Shown here in pieces: positions 25,001 through 33,147 of a DNA stretch of 64,000 nucleotides. Source of the stretch: Amphiscolops sp. MND2022 (lineage: Eukaryota). A model generated the notes under the pieces. That model had not been told where the DNA came from. It made no database searches and saw nothing but the letters and a program-made list of their open reading frames with translations. The first letter of the stretch is position 1; each line of letters begins with the position of its first letter. Position numbers and translations under genes: made by a program. The DNA lies in assembly GCA_964187785.1 (NCBI GenBank), contig OZ076409.1, positions 37,636,001 to 37,700,000 of the forward strand, given 5' to 3'.

Positions 25001-28000
25001 CCGGAGAATGTACGTGCCTTTGCCAAAAACTACCACAAACAGAAGAAGAACCTTCTACTAATAAACGCCAACAGGATTTTGTGTGTAAAATACTCCAAAA
25101 GTCAAAGAGCTTTGCATGAACGCCCCTGCATGATTGTGATGCCCCAATTGTATCAGCATGAGATACTATTCAAGGCCCACGACGCGATGGGACATCAGGG
25201 CATCGCGAAAGTCTTGGCCAGAATTCAAGAGCGCCACACTTGGCCAGGCATCCGCCGCACCATTGGACAATACGTCAGCCAATGTATCACTTGTCAACAA
25301 GTACGCGACAAGCCTGGTGATGTACGCTTTCACTTGAAAAATATCCAAAGCGGTTATTTCAACGAGCTAGTCCAATATGACCACATGAAAATTTGTCCCT
25401 CTGATGATGGTAACACAGGGATATTGGTTATTATCGATCATTTCTCTGAGCTCGCAGAAGCTGTGCCGTGTAACCACGATGAGTATGATGCAGCGACCAC
25501 TTCAAAGTTGTTGTTGCAGAAGTGGTTTGCCCGCCATGGAACGCCAACGAGGATGCAGTCAGACAATGCTCCCAATTTCACCGCGGCAGTATCTGCTGAG
25601 TTTATGAAAGCAGCCCAAGTGACCAAAGTAACCTCAACTGCTGGCCACCCCAGGACTCAAGGGTTGGTAGAGCGACAAAACCGAACGCTACTCACCCTAC
25701 TGCGTGTATTCTGCTCTAGACGAATGCGTGACTGGGATCAGTACCTAGATGAAGTTATGGGTGCATACAACTCCACACGTCATGCCACTACTGGATTCTC
25801 CCCGTACATGCTGACCAGAGGCATGGAAAAAGCTATACCCCTGACTTTCTTGTATCCAGAATTTGCAACTCAGTCATTCGAATCACACGAAGCCTATGTG
25901 GAACATGTGCTGGCTCGACAACAAGAGATTCATGACTTAGTCCGTCGCAACACGCATCAAGCCCAGCAACGACAAAAATTGAAATACGACAGAGCAATTC
26001 GTGCTAAAGCCTACGAAGTGGGCGAACCTGTTTGGGTATTCTGCCGATACATTCCTCAAAAGGGATCCCCTAAATTGATGAGAGCGTGGCGTGGTCCTCA
26101 CAAGGTAGCACGAGTGCTACAAGAGGGACGTGTCTACATACTTGACACTGGTCAGAAAGTGCATTTCGAACGATTGAAACCGCATCATGGTGGTCCAACA
26201 GAATGGGCAGCTGTTCCTGCGCATAACGGCGAGGTTGCTATTATCATGGACCCTGATCCAGAACAATCCCATGAGGAGGTGAGAGACGACGCTTCGCAAC
26301 CTTCTTACCGTGCAGAGGAACCAATTTCAGAAGCCAGCAATGCCTCTTTGCCTTCTCGACAAAGACATTGGATGGACACACGGTTACGCACACACATGCG
26401 CGCAGGTGGCAGCCGCCTGCATTATCAACAATTTGGCTACTCTTCGACAGAGTCTGACGATGAACGTTCTGATGTACTCCTATCGAGTGTTCAGGCTAGT
26501 CCTGACGAAAGTGTTATCTTGTCATCACAAGTAGATGAGCCTGCGCCTATTCCCGAAATGCCAATATCACCACTACCTGCTATGGAGGCTCTATTTTCAG
26601 AGAATGAAGCAGTACCCGACGCATTAGACATAGCCCCGAATCCTAATATCCACGTACCCACCGAAAGTGCCGCCACCTCCTTGACCGGTACATCCGCCCC
26701 ATTATTGACAAATCCATCTCTTACGGATATGTTGAGTAACTTTCCCATTTGGCCCCTAATCGATGACAATGTTCTCAACCCAACCCTAGACGACAACGGT
26801 GCTGACACACCAACGACCAATAACGAAAAGGGATCAATTCCCCCTGCAACAGTTCCCACCAACAACGATGCAGCTACTACCACGAAACTCCCCAATGCTC
26901 CTAGAGGGCGTGGACCCCGAGGACGTCCGCCAGGCAGAACAAGGCCGCGAGCCTCGCTGCCACGTGGTCACCAACGGAGAGGTGCTATTAGAGGCGCTCG
27001 CAAAAGAGGCCGTCCCAGAGGTAGACCTCCTCGTATAACGCACGCCAGACCTAACACTCCTACCCGTGTTCGTAACACTCCATCAATGGACACTGACTCT
27101 TCTGCCCCTAGCGCGGCGGTTACCTCAGATCAGGCAGCACCGCCAGAATCGACCAACGCTCGTTACGGACTGCGACGCAATCGTTTTCCCAGATATCGTT
27201 GCGGAACATGTGGCCTAAGAAACTGCGAATGTAACTACATGGTCCACGCGGGCTTCCCAATCAAATCCCAGGGAGTCCTGCTAGCACGTGAACAGGAGAA
27301 ATCACTTCCGAGCGGAATGGTTGACCGTTTGGTTATTCGAGCCGAGAAAACTTATACTGGGCTACAACGCAGCGACGCTCCATATCCCGTGGACTATATC
27401 CTATCCAAAATGAAAGATTCTACGATAGCGAAGGCTCCGTGCCCAAGGTTCAAGGAGTGGACCTATGATCTTGTTGGTTTGGAGTTCATCTTACCCATCA
27501 CTGTTCCCCCTTTGCCTACAAATATTGCTTTTGGTCCTTTCAACTATGAGCGAGAGCCTATCCAAATGATACGCTGTATTCCTGCTGACCTCTTGTATGA
27601 CAAATACAACGTCACCGCAAAACCAGGAGACGTCTATCAGCCTACAAGCAACTGGTGGCTACTAGTTACGGCCAAACAAGCATCCGACCTGGTTCATCCC
27701 ACTAACTTGAACACCTGTCTGGAGAGTTTGCGGACGATGGCCTCTCCTGATAGAATCACTTGTTTCCACACCATAGACCTATATCGTGGTAAAATTAAGT
27801 TTGAATGGTGGCTGGAACTTATTATAGCAGTTTTATCGAATTTTTCACGAATCAGATTCCTGGACGAATGGACACACTCATTTCCTAGTCCTGTATCGCT
27901 CCAATCGGCCCTGCACGCACTGGATACATGGTCCAGGGCTAATATTGATAATCAATCACTGCCGCGATCTGTGTGGCAAGATTTGGGCGCAATCAAAGGC

Positions 28001-28555
28001 CTCCTCCCGAATGCATGTGACGATGCTCTCTCCAAAGACCTCGGACAAGAGTTAGTGTACCATGGAGCCGTGAGACCTCAATTGGTTGACTATGTGCAGT
28101 ATGCCAATACGGACTTCCTGCAGACTCCCCATCATATCGTTTTATGTTGTCCCGCAAATCTGGAAACTAGTTCTGCCGCTCTTCGTTACGTCATTCGTGA
28201 GCATGGTGCAGATGCAATCTTTCAACTTCGACCGGAGGTTGGCAATATTGTAACGCTACCCACATCTTTGATAGACGGCCATCCTCAGACTATCCACCTT
28301 CTAATCACACGAGCTACACCTCGCTGCCCTATGCTCGCTGATATTCTCTTTGGATGTCTTGATCATTTGAAAACGTTACTCGAGCGCTTGGAGGCGATAG
28401 AAGTACACTTTGCCATCATTGATCCTGAACGCCCAATACGTAATCTTTTTGATTTTTATACCTGTTTGATGGACGTATTCGCCGACACCCCCCTGACCGT
28501 CGTTCTTCACGATCGCGTTTACGTATCTATTGCAAGCGTCGCTAGCTTTCCATAA
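19019..28555 (+). CDS. gag-pol: Gag-Pol polyprotein, 3178 aa: coiled coil, capsid, 2x CCHC, pseudo-protease + protease, dUTPase-like, RT, RNase H, integrase, AT-hooks, 2x macrodomain-like
   Basis: CFNCGLPGHFAREC (21278-21319); CVNCGMTEHSASQC (21425-21466); LIDTGSG (~22064-22084); RMPFG and YIDD (23567-23578); TDAS...NADGLS; integrase H-H-C-C then D-D-E (QYDH, QSDNA, LVERQN) and WRGP. Confidence 0.98.
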   Translation: MEPDFSDPMSDDASEEYQAKPIAKTTDDIGGSADETGSQAHTSKWLQELTKVAVTPFGTDEAGTWPNSNRTNAEEEAEMSCLNATGQLKAPSMASESTANTAEILQQMSYVGGMNYARTRLQEATAPRASGKGKQVRPPALLAQTGTTGPHGDSRSSSPSSKAASARSSAYRAVHEAAKARKALLDAQIGVKQAASQLSERKARCDREHQSIMEEIEAVQTELRTSTERQAQGHEIQAARMDAMGYRMAEIKDMVTEREVRMEAQLQEVCSQIQAMGTMLKNIQPQPAPVSNTIKELLQDTDIALPKPMKSVSLKPKESVTISTNPSGSKQHLARYAPLPQTLVSNGEAASTSTKFIPSAVSTKNIPPTTKTHKKEPTCEMITIDTSSMGISDLREPTRTNVLTEVTSTFQTANATLGESAAEFQTANDELPPGNPCASSTRRREVTLPENTDDSVNSTRGSSIPPPAISEEAPISPEQLRFTEAISKAMSKELAPLIANRDQTRVRPTVYKGTKDGSVDGWLPVMKRFLERVHAKSPKIDRAWAIIDHLEGEARNYIINKSEPERDEPDKVFSLLASRFGTGGNRMHVRQTFMSRVQQEKEDWMQFLDALEGLRTQGFPDEPITTRRYEILQRFIDGINDPTLRQELAVVYAAEAYLTEPPTVESLRFTTRQLQRHRPNTSKPYDPRYAMRSRPHPFVPGKLVHPAPGIPQNVLPPNQGQREAKPQMAPPGPASVKQAPAQQQPARVIPQGACFNCGLPGHFARECPSRDLARKPAARAAPEERVNLCENNVASACSGPVFCVNCGMTEHSASQCQNVPVHEDLAYSLWAEQPPASQTMSDSEMVLMLRPAEAAHVTTPLTVTCGKIQIQTNPEPTTFDPSGRTIMSVRLLLAIERETRPELTIDTLIDEITANENCRQLTLPQPEEWQVKGVTSTYHAYSPIPVKVCIDGVDMRFSATIITDAFPPGICLGPQELRCYNIDAQEPTGEARIDERASLVVSFVVPDAAPVPLRGLIDTGSGVSILTFSAYNRVAVRTGTLLRPYGIDLYAAIGKTIKTFGLAEKIKFQLGGYELETNFVVVDDAMGVEDFLLGRNFLRAYQVLVDLTAMKVIVRAPSEPVWYHAHTQVSNESLNSSVAIAQDVVLQPFERAILRAKLLVDNLEPFMFRTVLINFQTPNRMLKNAIFLEDTVATVGETGFLYVSLGNLTSNVQRIKKGTLLGTAVPVTMVHKAIPQIVPGQSSETQQSNANYVYKVYEQMNLDSSSEYSSSSEFEFLSSTEPSELGLSEREVKKRTDPALMAPIPGPEAQLDEVRGLWGSTASDTPSKLLNEFDDLFMKFKADIGKCKIAKHPVEVEPGAVPHREGARRMSPDKAERANQEVRDLLALGMIQPSLSPWASGIVMVKKKSGELRFCCDFRPLNEVTIKDAYPLPRIDESLSRLGKAKIYTSIDLAWAFWQIPVRKADRQKTAFACELGLFEWRRMPFGMCNASATFQRAIARALQRIVNREGSMVMAYIDDIVIATETIEDHMDRLREVFQCLREAGFKMRVSKCDFMKSEIKYLGRVVSADGIKPDPKAVIKLKEWDIPRTKTELQSFLGFANYYRDFIPWHAKLVAPLHAITGGASSFLWGEEQQRAFNSIKVALMEATALAQPDTEGEFVLDTDASGVAISGILHQWQGPPESRKLRPIVFGSKKLTATQAKYGAPKLEMYAAYYFILKNHSYLCPRKFTLRVDNQALSWLKTYSMDQAIIGRWIMALEKYHFSIEHRPRTQHRNADGLSKRTNDYKKHEKQLKGLPAIADKWDFLSQEEYNKLPLAPWFDIHGRVIPNHPELPAHLQRLGSQSSPETTVAVPTRRSGRSKRNATIRDEAMRAPLPTLPKPELTLPAELYPEYPEDWLELTEDYQRDYLLPTHAANVPSRTTYPLTEKQATSTAPEHVKQAAFVVNSISMELHEHANTVHGLKDLLLAQNRDVHILAIKKLVMQESIDNDVFPENVRAFAKNYHKQKKNLLLINANRILCVKYSKSQRALHERPCMIVMPQLYQHEILFKAHDAMGHQGIAKVLARIQERHTWPGIRRTIGQYVSQCITCQQVRDKPGDVRFHLKNIQSGYFNELVQYDHMKICPSDDGNTGILVIIDHFSELAEAVPCNHDEYDAATTSKLLLQKWFARHGTPTRMQSDNAPNFTAAVSAEFMKAAQVTKVTSTAGHPRTQGLVERQNRTLLTLLRVFCSRRMRDWDQYLDEVMGAYNSTRHATTGFSPYMLTRGMEKAIPLTFLYPEFATQSFESHEAYVEHVLARQQEIHDLVRRNTHQAQQRQKLKYDRAIRAKAYEVGEPVWVFCRYIPQKGSPKLMRAWRGPHKVARVLQEGRVYILDTGQKVHFERLKPHHGGPTEWAAVPAHNGEVAIIMDPDPEQSHEEVRDDASQPSYRAEEPISEASNASLPSRQRHWMDTRLRTHMRAGGSRLHYQQFGYSSTESDDERSDVLLSSVQASPDESVILSSQVDEPAPIPEMPISPLPAMEALFSENEAVPDALDIAPNPNIHVPTESAATSLTGTSAPLLTNPSLTDMLSNFPIWPLIDDNVLNPTLDDNGADTPTTNNEKGSIPPATVPTNNDAATTTKLPNAPRGRGPRGRPPGRTRPRASLPRGHQRRGAIRGARKRGRPRGRPPRITHARPNTPTRVRNTPSMDTDSSAPSAAVTSDQAAPPESTNARYGLRRNRFPRYRCGTCGLRNCECNYMVHAGFPIKSQGVLLAREQEKSLPSGMVDRLVIRAEKTYTGLQRSDAPYPVDYILSKMKDSTIAKAPCPRFKEWTYDLVGLEFILPITVPPLPTNIAFGPFNYEREPIQMIRCIPADLLYDKYNVTAKPGDVYQPTSNWWLLVTAKQASDLVHPTNLNTCLESLRTMASPDRITCFHTIDLYRGKIKFEWWLELIIAVLSNFSRIRFLDEWTHSFPSPVSLQSALHALDTWSRANIDNQSLPRSVWQDLGAIKGLLPNACDDALSKDLGQELVYHGAVRPQLVDYVQYANTDFLQTPHHIVLCCPANLETSSAALRYVIREHGADAIFQLRPEVGNIVTLPTSLIDGHPQTIHLLITRATPRCPMLADILFGCLDHLKTLLERLEAIEVHFAIIDPERPIRNLFDFYTCLMDVFADTPLTVVLHDRVYVSIASVASFP
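27518..27870 (+). other. Macrodomain-like domain 1 (TARG1/OARD1 type, degenerate) within Gag-Pol
   Basis: MIRCIPAD / KPGDV / LLVTAKQAS...NLNTCLESLR / RIRFLD parallel the TARG1 segments LAHCISED / KSGEV / YLITKKRAS...NLQKSLEAMK / KITVY. Confidence 0.6.
28085..28512 (+). other. Macrodomain-like domain 2 (TARG1/OARD1 type, degenerate) at Gag-Pol C-terminus
   Basis: VQYANTDFL..HHIVLCCPANL...EVGNIVTL...IHLLITR...LFGCLDHLK...EVHFAII...LMDVFADTPLTVVLH follows the TARG1 pattern ITYVKGDLF..SLAHCISED...SGEVAVL...IYYLITK...LQKSLEAMK...DLSMPRI...IEEVFEATDIKITVY. Confidence 0.75.
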
Positions 28556-28779
28556 AGCTCTCGTTTTTCCGCTTTTTTTTTGTTTTTTGTTTTTTATCCG
28601 CTCGATTAAGTTTAGTGAGTCGACACGGAGTTTATTTGAGACTATTACATTACCTTTTTCTTTAATGTTAATGTGTGACATTCTATTACTTTCCCTGGTA
28701 TTACCCTTAAAATGACCTATGGTGTTGCCCTACTATCAAGTGTGCTACAATCGACCTGCACTCTTTCAGAATTGTCGTC

Positions 28780-31700
28780 ATGAACCAAGATAATGATAGA
28801 AGCAACAACGTCCCGCCAAGGTCTACAGATAACTCTCCTGCTTTGGGGCAACGCGTCTACGACACTGCGCGTGTCCAACGTACCCCACAAATTGCCTTTA
28901 TTCGAGACAGACTCGACCAAGGTCTGTCGCCAGCTACAGTTGCCGGGGTAGCAGCAATTATTGCCCAGATGGAATCACAATTGCAAGCCCCAATGCTGAC
29001 GATATCAATTACTTCAGGGTTTCCTGGATTCCAACGATCCATGACGTACCAAGATGGAGTGTGGCACGGCCATGATCTCACGCATCACTTCACGGATGAT
29101 CGTGCGGCGATCTCATATAGTCCTGCGAATGGCGGAGTCCATCAGACTAGACCTTTACAGATCCCTTCTTGCCCGCCTCCACCTCCACCGCCACCTCCTG
29201 CACCAACACCACAAGCAGTAGTGCGTGCGCGCACTCCTGCTCCTATAGTGCCTGGCCTGCCCAATCAATCTATGGCGGAGCAAGCAGTCATCTCAGCGCT
29301 GCAAGCAGTGGCTGCCAACCCCAATTACGATGATTTCATGCGATCCATGGAGCAGTGTTGGCCAGAACTACGTCGAATTGCTCTGCCCACTGTCACTATT
29401 CGCAACGACAATGTGACTTCAACTGAAACACGTCAAGGTGTCATCACTATCCCCCACATCAATCCTCAGTCTGAACAGCCAGGACACTCTCGCACCGTGA
29501 CTGTAGAGCGCAGTCGTTCGCCTTCCCGCTCTTCTCAAAAGGGGGGAGGAGAGAGCCGCCCTGCCTCAAGAAAACGCAACGACCCTTCTCCAACAAAAAA
29601 GACTCAACAACCACTGACTGCCCGTGACAGTCCCTCGAGCAAGCCACCACCCGACAAAAAGATCTCCAACGAGAAGGCCACAACCTCCAAAGCGCCAGAC
29701 CAAACAAAATCAAAAGTGTCGGAAGCATGCGTGCTTCCCTCACCCCAATCACAACCGGACGTAACAGGCGAACAACAAGGACTGCCGCAACCACCATCCA
29801 CGCAGTCTACAACACGCGAGTCGCTGGCTCAACGAGCGACTCCTAAGCCTTCCACATCAAGACAGCCACAAACGGAGAAAACTGTGGGTTATCAAGGCAC
29901 CCCTGAATCCCAGCGAACTGTCAAGGACATAATGGGTGACTACCCAGGATTGAAGGTAACCAACAGTGGTCCAACTGGAACCCCACTCCGCAAACAGTCG
30001 ATTCAACACCCAACTAAGAGGACCTTTACGAAACAGCCGACGTACCTGAGTCCCATGCAAAACACAAAGGGCACATTGGTCACCAAGGACTCCCGACGTA
30101 TCTGGGAATCGGCAGTTATAGTATCGCCCGAATGGCTATTTGAGAAGAACATGTGTCCTCCGAATGACGAAGAGCATGCGAAGTTGAAGAAGGCGAATGT
30201 ACCTGTATTCATGAATCGTCCAATCCGCCCCGACCACACCCCTACCAATGAGCCGCCATGGCTAGGGAAGGCAATGAATATGCTGCCAAACGTAGAAGAC
30301 AATTACCTAGACGCCCTCAACATTGACCTTCGTGGGCAATTCGCTGATCGATATTTCCTCAACGCTGGAGAGACCTTCGAGATCAACCCACGGTACGCCC
30401 GTGACCTCGAAGCCCAGCTACCAATGCCAAAAGAAAGGTTGCAGCGTGCGCGCTTCGCCTTACTTATAGACTCAACATTCCTCAAGAATGTCCCCATTGA
30501 CAACGTGCTGTCAGACGTGATGGTTTTTACTCTACCGCTGTCACGTATTCCCGAGATGGCCGAAGTGTTGGTCACCATGTTTGACCCTGAGATGACAGGA
30601 ACCTTCAAAGAGCCACCCCCACGCAGAGTGATCATCAGCAACGTTTTCGATCACATGGCCTGTGAAGGACTAATGGCCCAGATCGCGAACGTTGAGATTA
30701 TGAATCCAAGTCCAGCTCAGCGAACAACGGTACGCAATGCAGCATTGAACATGGCCCGAGCCATGGAAAAAGCCCAAAACATCTTGAAGGATAAACTCAA
30801 GGTGCCAGCCCTGTTCGTGACACCCCCAGGTTTTTGCCAATGGCCCCCCGCCTTGCAGAGATTTATCTACATGGTGACAGAAGTTTGCAAGTGTAGAGAA
30901 ATAGACTTTGCGATCTGCGCGCCCAATATGCGGATTAGCTCCAACGACTTTCGTCCCTCCTGGCTGTCCTACATGGGGTATATTGCCTCAGTGTCTAAAG
31001 TGCTACAGTCAGTGGAAAAGACAGGGAACGCGCAGCTGACAATCGACGATGCCATCTACTTTGATCACGGCACTCGCATGGGCTTGTTAGTATTCAACAA
31101 GGACGGAGAAAGGCGAGTCCCAGAGCCCAGTACGGCTGAATGCGAGGCAATCCGCCTGAATAACTGGATAGAGCGCGCGCGCTCCTCCGGTGGAAAGACT
31201 TGTATCAAAACCGATCTTGCAGAAGTCACTGCCACAATGAGCAAAGTCCCCAGCGACCGAGAAGTAGAACGATCCATCCCGCGAGTTCAATTTGCCAAGG
31301 ACCTCACAATCGATCAATTATCAGTGGGAATGAAGTACATTGCTGCAAAACTGACGAGCGAAACTCAGGCTGAAATCCAAGCCTTCAGCAGCACCTACGA
31401 CGCCTGGTACCAGCGGCTACAAACTACCACCGTAGCAGACATTGCAAAAGAGCTTGGGATGTCAACCGACCAGTTTGCCATTTGTTTGGGATTGGGTTGG
31501 AGTCCCGATGTTATTCGAGTCGAGTTCGATTTAGACGAGAGTTGGTTGATCGAAATCAGCGAGATTATCGGTACCATGCAGGTGAACGAACTCTTTGCAC
31601 TGATGCTCACTTTCGGGCAGAAACGCTTTGTAGCTGGCCCAATGATGATATTGACCGACCTGGTTACCGAGTGTAATCTGGAATGGCTATTTTCATACTT

Positions 31701-33147
31701 AGTGATTGCGCGAGGGAATATCTCAGGCCTCACCGCCTTAGCCAAGCTGTTACAACGGAAAGACGCTCAGGATTATCCCGCTCACCTGGAGCGTATGACA
31801 ACTTCATTATATCACTGGATATATTGCAGTCTGGTCTTTGCCTCGGGACTTTTCGTGGGAGTGGATAAGCACCAACCATTATATGACGGACGTCAGCTAG
31901 TGACCGAGGTAGCTGGATTTTTGACACCCAACCAGCTGGCAGATTTCACTTTGGCTGAAGTCGAAGATCTAGTACCGGTGTTAGCACCCGTGCTAACTCC
32001 GATATTTGGCCCAACCGGGATACTTCGCTATCCCACCAAGCCTCTGCGACTGGCCTCGGAGACACTGACAGTATCCATCCTGACTTATCTGAAGAACGTG
32101 AAACCGCACAACTATCAACAGATGCTTGAACGTGGGCTGTTTCTGCTAGTACCACGCATGTATACCACCATAAAGAATGAGACGCAGCAAGACGAAAACC
32201 TGGCCGGTATTCTCAAAGCCCGAACAAAGAAGGCGTGCCCTTTACCTCGCGAATACGGCCCGGTGAATTGGTACAATTCTCCCCTAGATCACCTCGGAAT
32301 CCCACAGCGATTCAATTGGAGTTTCGCACACCTCAGGAAGTACGTGACCGAATGTGTGCAAACCATGGGCGGTCACACGAATCAGGAGTACAATTTTCAA
32401 ATGATCAAGCTTCCAGCCAGGTACTGGCGAGGACCCATCGGTTATATCCGGGCTAAGCCAATCAGTATGGTCGAGAAGGGCTTTGATGAGCAGTATGCCT
32501 ATCGCGATCACTACAAACTAGGCGTGTGGATGTCAAGGACCCTGGAGGAGCGCCAAGGGCGCCTAAAAGGTTTGATCATCCCCCCACTGACAATGCCTGT
32601 TTGGAATCCAGAGGCGAGGGTTACCATGGGAAGCGACATGCCAGCGGAGACTTGCTACCACGTCATGGAATTGCTAAGTGATCCCCTCGGACCCGAATGG
32701 GAAGCCTCCAGGCAAATCATAGAACATGCAAACAGGGACAACTGGTCCAGAGCCTGCGGGCTCTGGGGCCGACCTGATCTACGCCCGAAACTCAGTGCGA
32801 AACAGAAACGACCCATTGCCACCCGCAATAGACCGCTGGATCTACCGCACTTGTTTAATGCCAGTAGATTGGATGTGCAGATCCCAATCTCCACGTCGAC
32901 CACAAGTCCTGCCAATGTTAGCGGCTCAGCCAATGCAGCGCAAGAACATTCGCCAGAAGCCTCAACTCCTGTAGCCGCAGAAAATGGCCCTGGTGGCTCA
33001 AACACGGCTCCCAGGACCCATGAAACTGCCAGCGCCGAACCAAATCCAGTCCTGCGAGGAGGAAATACGCGAAGAGGATCTCTGTCCGAACTGCAACCAA
33101 AGGCAGACGTTTCCCCCAGAGCGCGTCACTCCTCCGCCACCCAGTAA
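28780..33147 (+). CDS. ORF2, 1455 aa, unknown function; Pro/Ser-rich N-terminus, SGNH/GDSL-like domain (aa ~558-745), helical region
   Basis: Uninterrupted ORF between pol and the 3' LTR with element-like GC content; no signal peptide or obvious C-terminal TM anchor. Confidence 0.93.
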   Translation: MNQDNDRSNNVPPRSTDNSPALGQRVYDTARVQRTPQIAFIRDRLDQGLSPATVAGVAAIIAQMESQLQAPMLTISITSGFPGFQRSMTYQDGVWHGHDLTHHFTDDRAAISYSPANGGVHQTRPLQIPSCPPPPPPPPPAPTPQAVVRARTPAPIVPGLPNQSMAEQAVISALQAVAANPNYDDFMRSMEQCWPELRRIALPTVTIRNDNVTSTETRQGVITIPHINPQSEQPGHSRTVTVERSRSPSRSSQKGGGESRPASRKRNDPSPTKKTQQPLTARDSPSSKPPPDKKISNEKATTSKAPDQTKSKVSEACVLPSPQSQPDVTGEQQGLPQPPSTQSTTRESLAQRATPKPSTSRQPQTEKTVGYQGTPESQRTVKDIMGDYPGLKVTNSGPTGTPLRKQSIQHPTKRTFTKQPTYLSPMQNTKGTLVTKDSRRIWESAVIVSPEWLFEKNMCPPNDEEHAKLKKANVPVFMNRPIRPDHTPTNEPPWLGKAMNMLPNVEDNYLDALNIDLRGQFADRYFLNAGETFEINPRYARDLEAQLPMPKERLQRARFALLIDSTFLKNVPIDNVLSDVMVFTLPLSRIPEMAEVLVTMFDPEMTGTFKEPPPRRVIISNVFDHMACEGLMAQIANVEIMNPSPAQRTTVRNAALNMARAMEKAQNILKDKLKVPALFVTPPGFCQWPPALQRFIYMVTEVCKCREIDFAICAPNMRISSNDFRPSWLSYMGYIASVSKVLQSVEKTGNAQLTIDDAIYFDHGTRMGLLVFNKDGERRVPEPSTAECEAIRLNNWIERARSSGGKTCIKTDLAEVTATMSKVPSDREVERSIPRVQFAKDLTIDQLSVGMKYIAAKLTSETQAEIQAFSSTYDAWYQRLQTTTVADIAKELGMSTDQFAICLGLGWSPDVIRVEFDLDESWLIEISEIIGTMQVNELFALMLTFGQKRFVAGPMMILTDLVTECNLEWLFSYLVIARGNISGLTALAKLLQRKDAQDYPAHLERMTTSLYHWIYCSLVFASGLFVGVDKHQPLYDGRQLVTEVAGFLTPNQLADFTLAEVEDLVPVLAPVLTPIFGPTGILRYPTKPLRLASETLTVSILTYLKNVKPHNYQQMLERGLFLLVPRMYTTIKNETQQDENLAGILKARTKKACPLPREYGPVNWYNSPLDHLGIPQRFNWSFAHLRKYVTECVQTMGGHTNQEYNFQMIKLPARYWRGPIGYIRAKPISMVEKGFDEQYAYRDHYKLGVWMSRTLEERQGRLKGLIIPPLTMPVWNPEARVTMGSDMPAETCYHVMELLSDPLGPEWEASRQIIEHANRDNWSRACGLWGRPDLRPKLSAKQKRPIATRNRPLDLPHLFNASRLDVQIPISTSTTSPANVSGSANAAQEHSPEASTPVAAENGPGGSNTAPRTHETASAEPNPVLRGGNTRRGSLSELQPKADVSPRARHSSATQ

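Noticed and set aside
28780..33147. ORF2 as a retroviral/errantiviral envelope protein
   Set aside because: No N-terminal signal peptide, no furin site followed by a fusion peptide, and no C-terminal TM anchor visible; both termini are hydrophilic and low-complexity.
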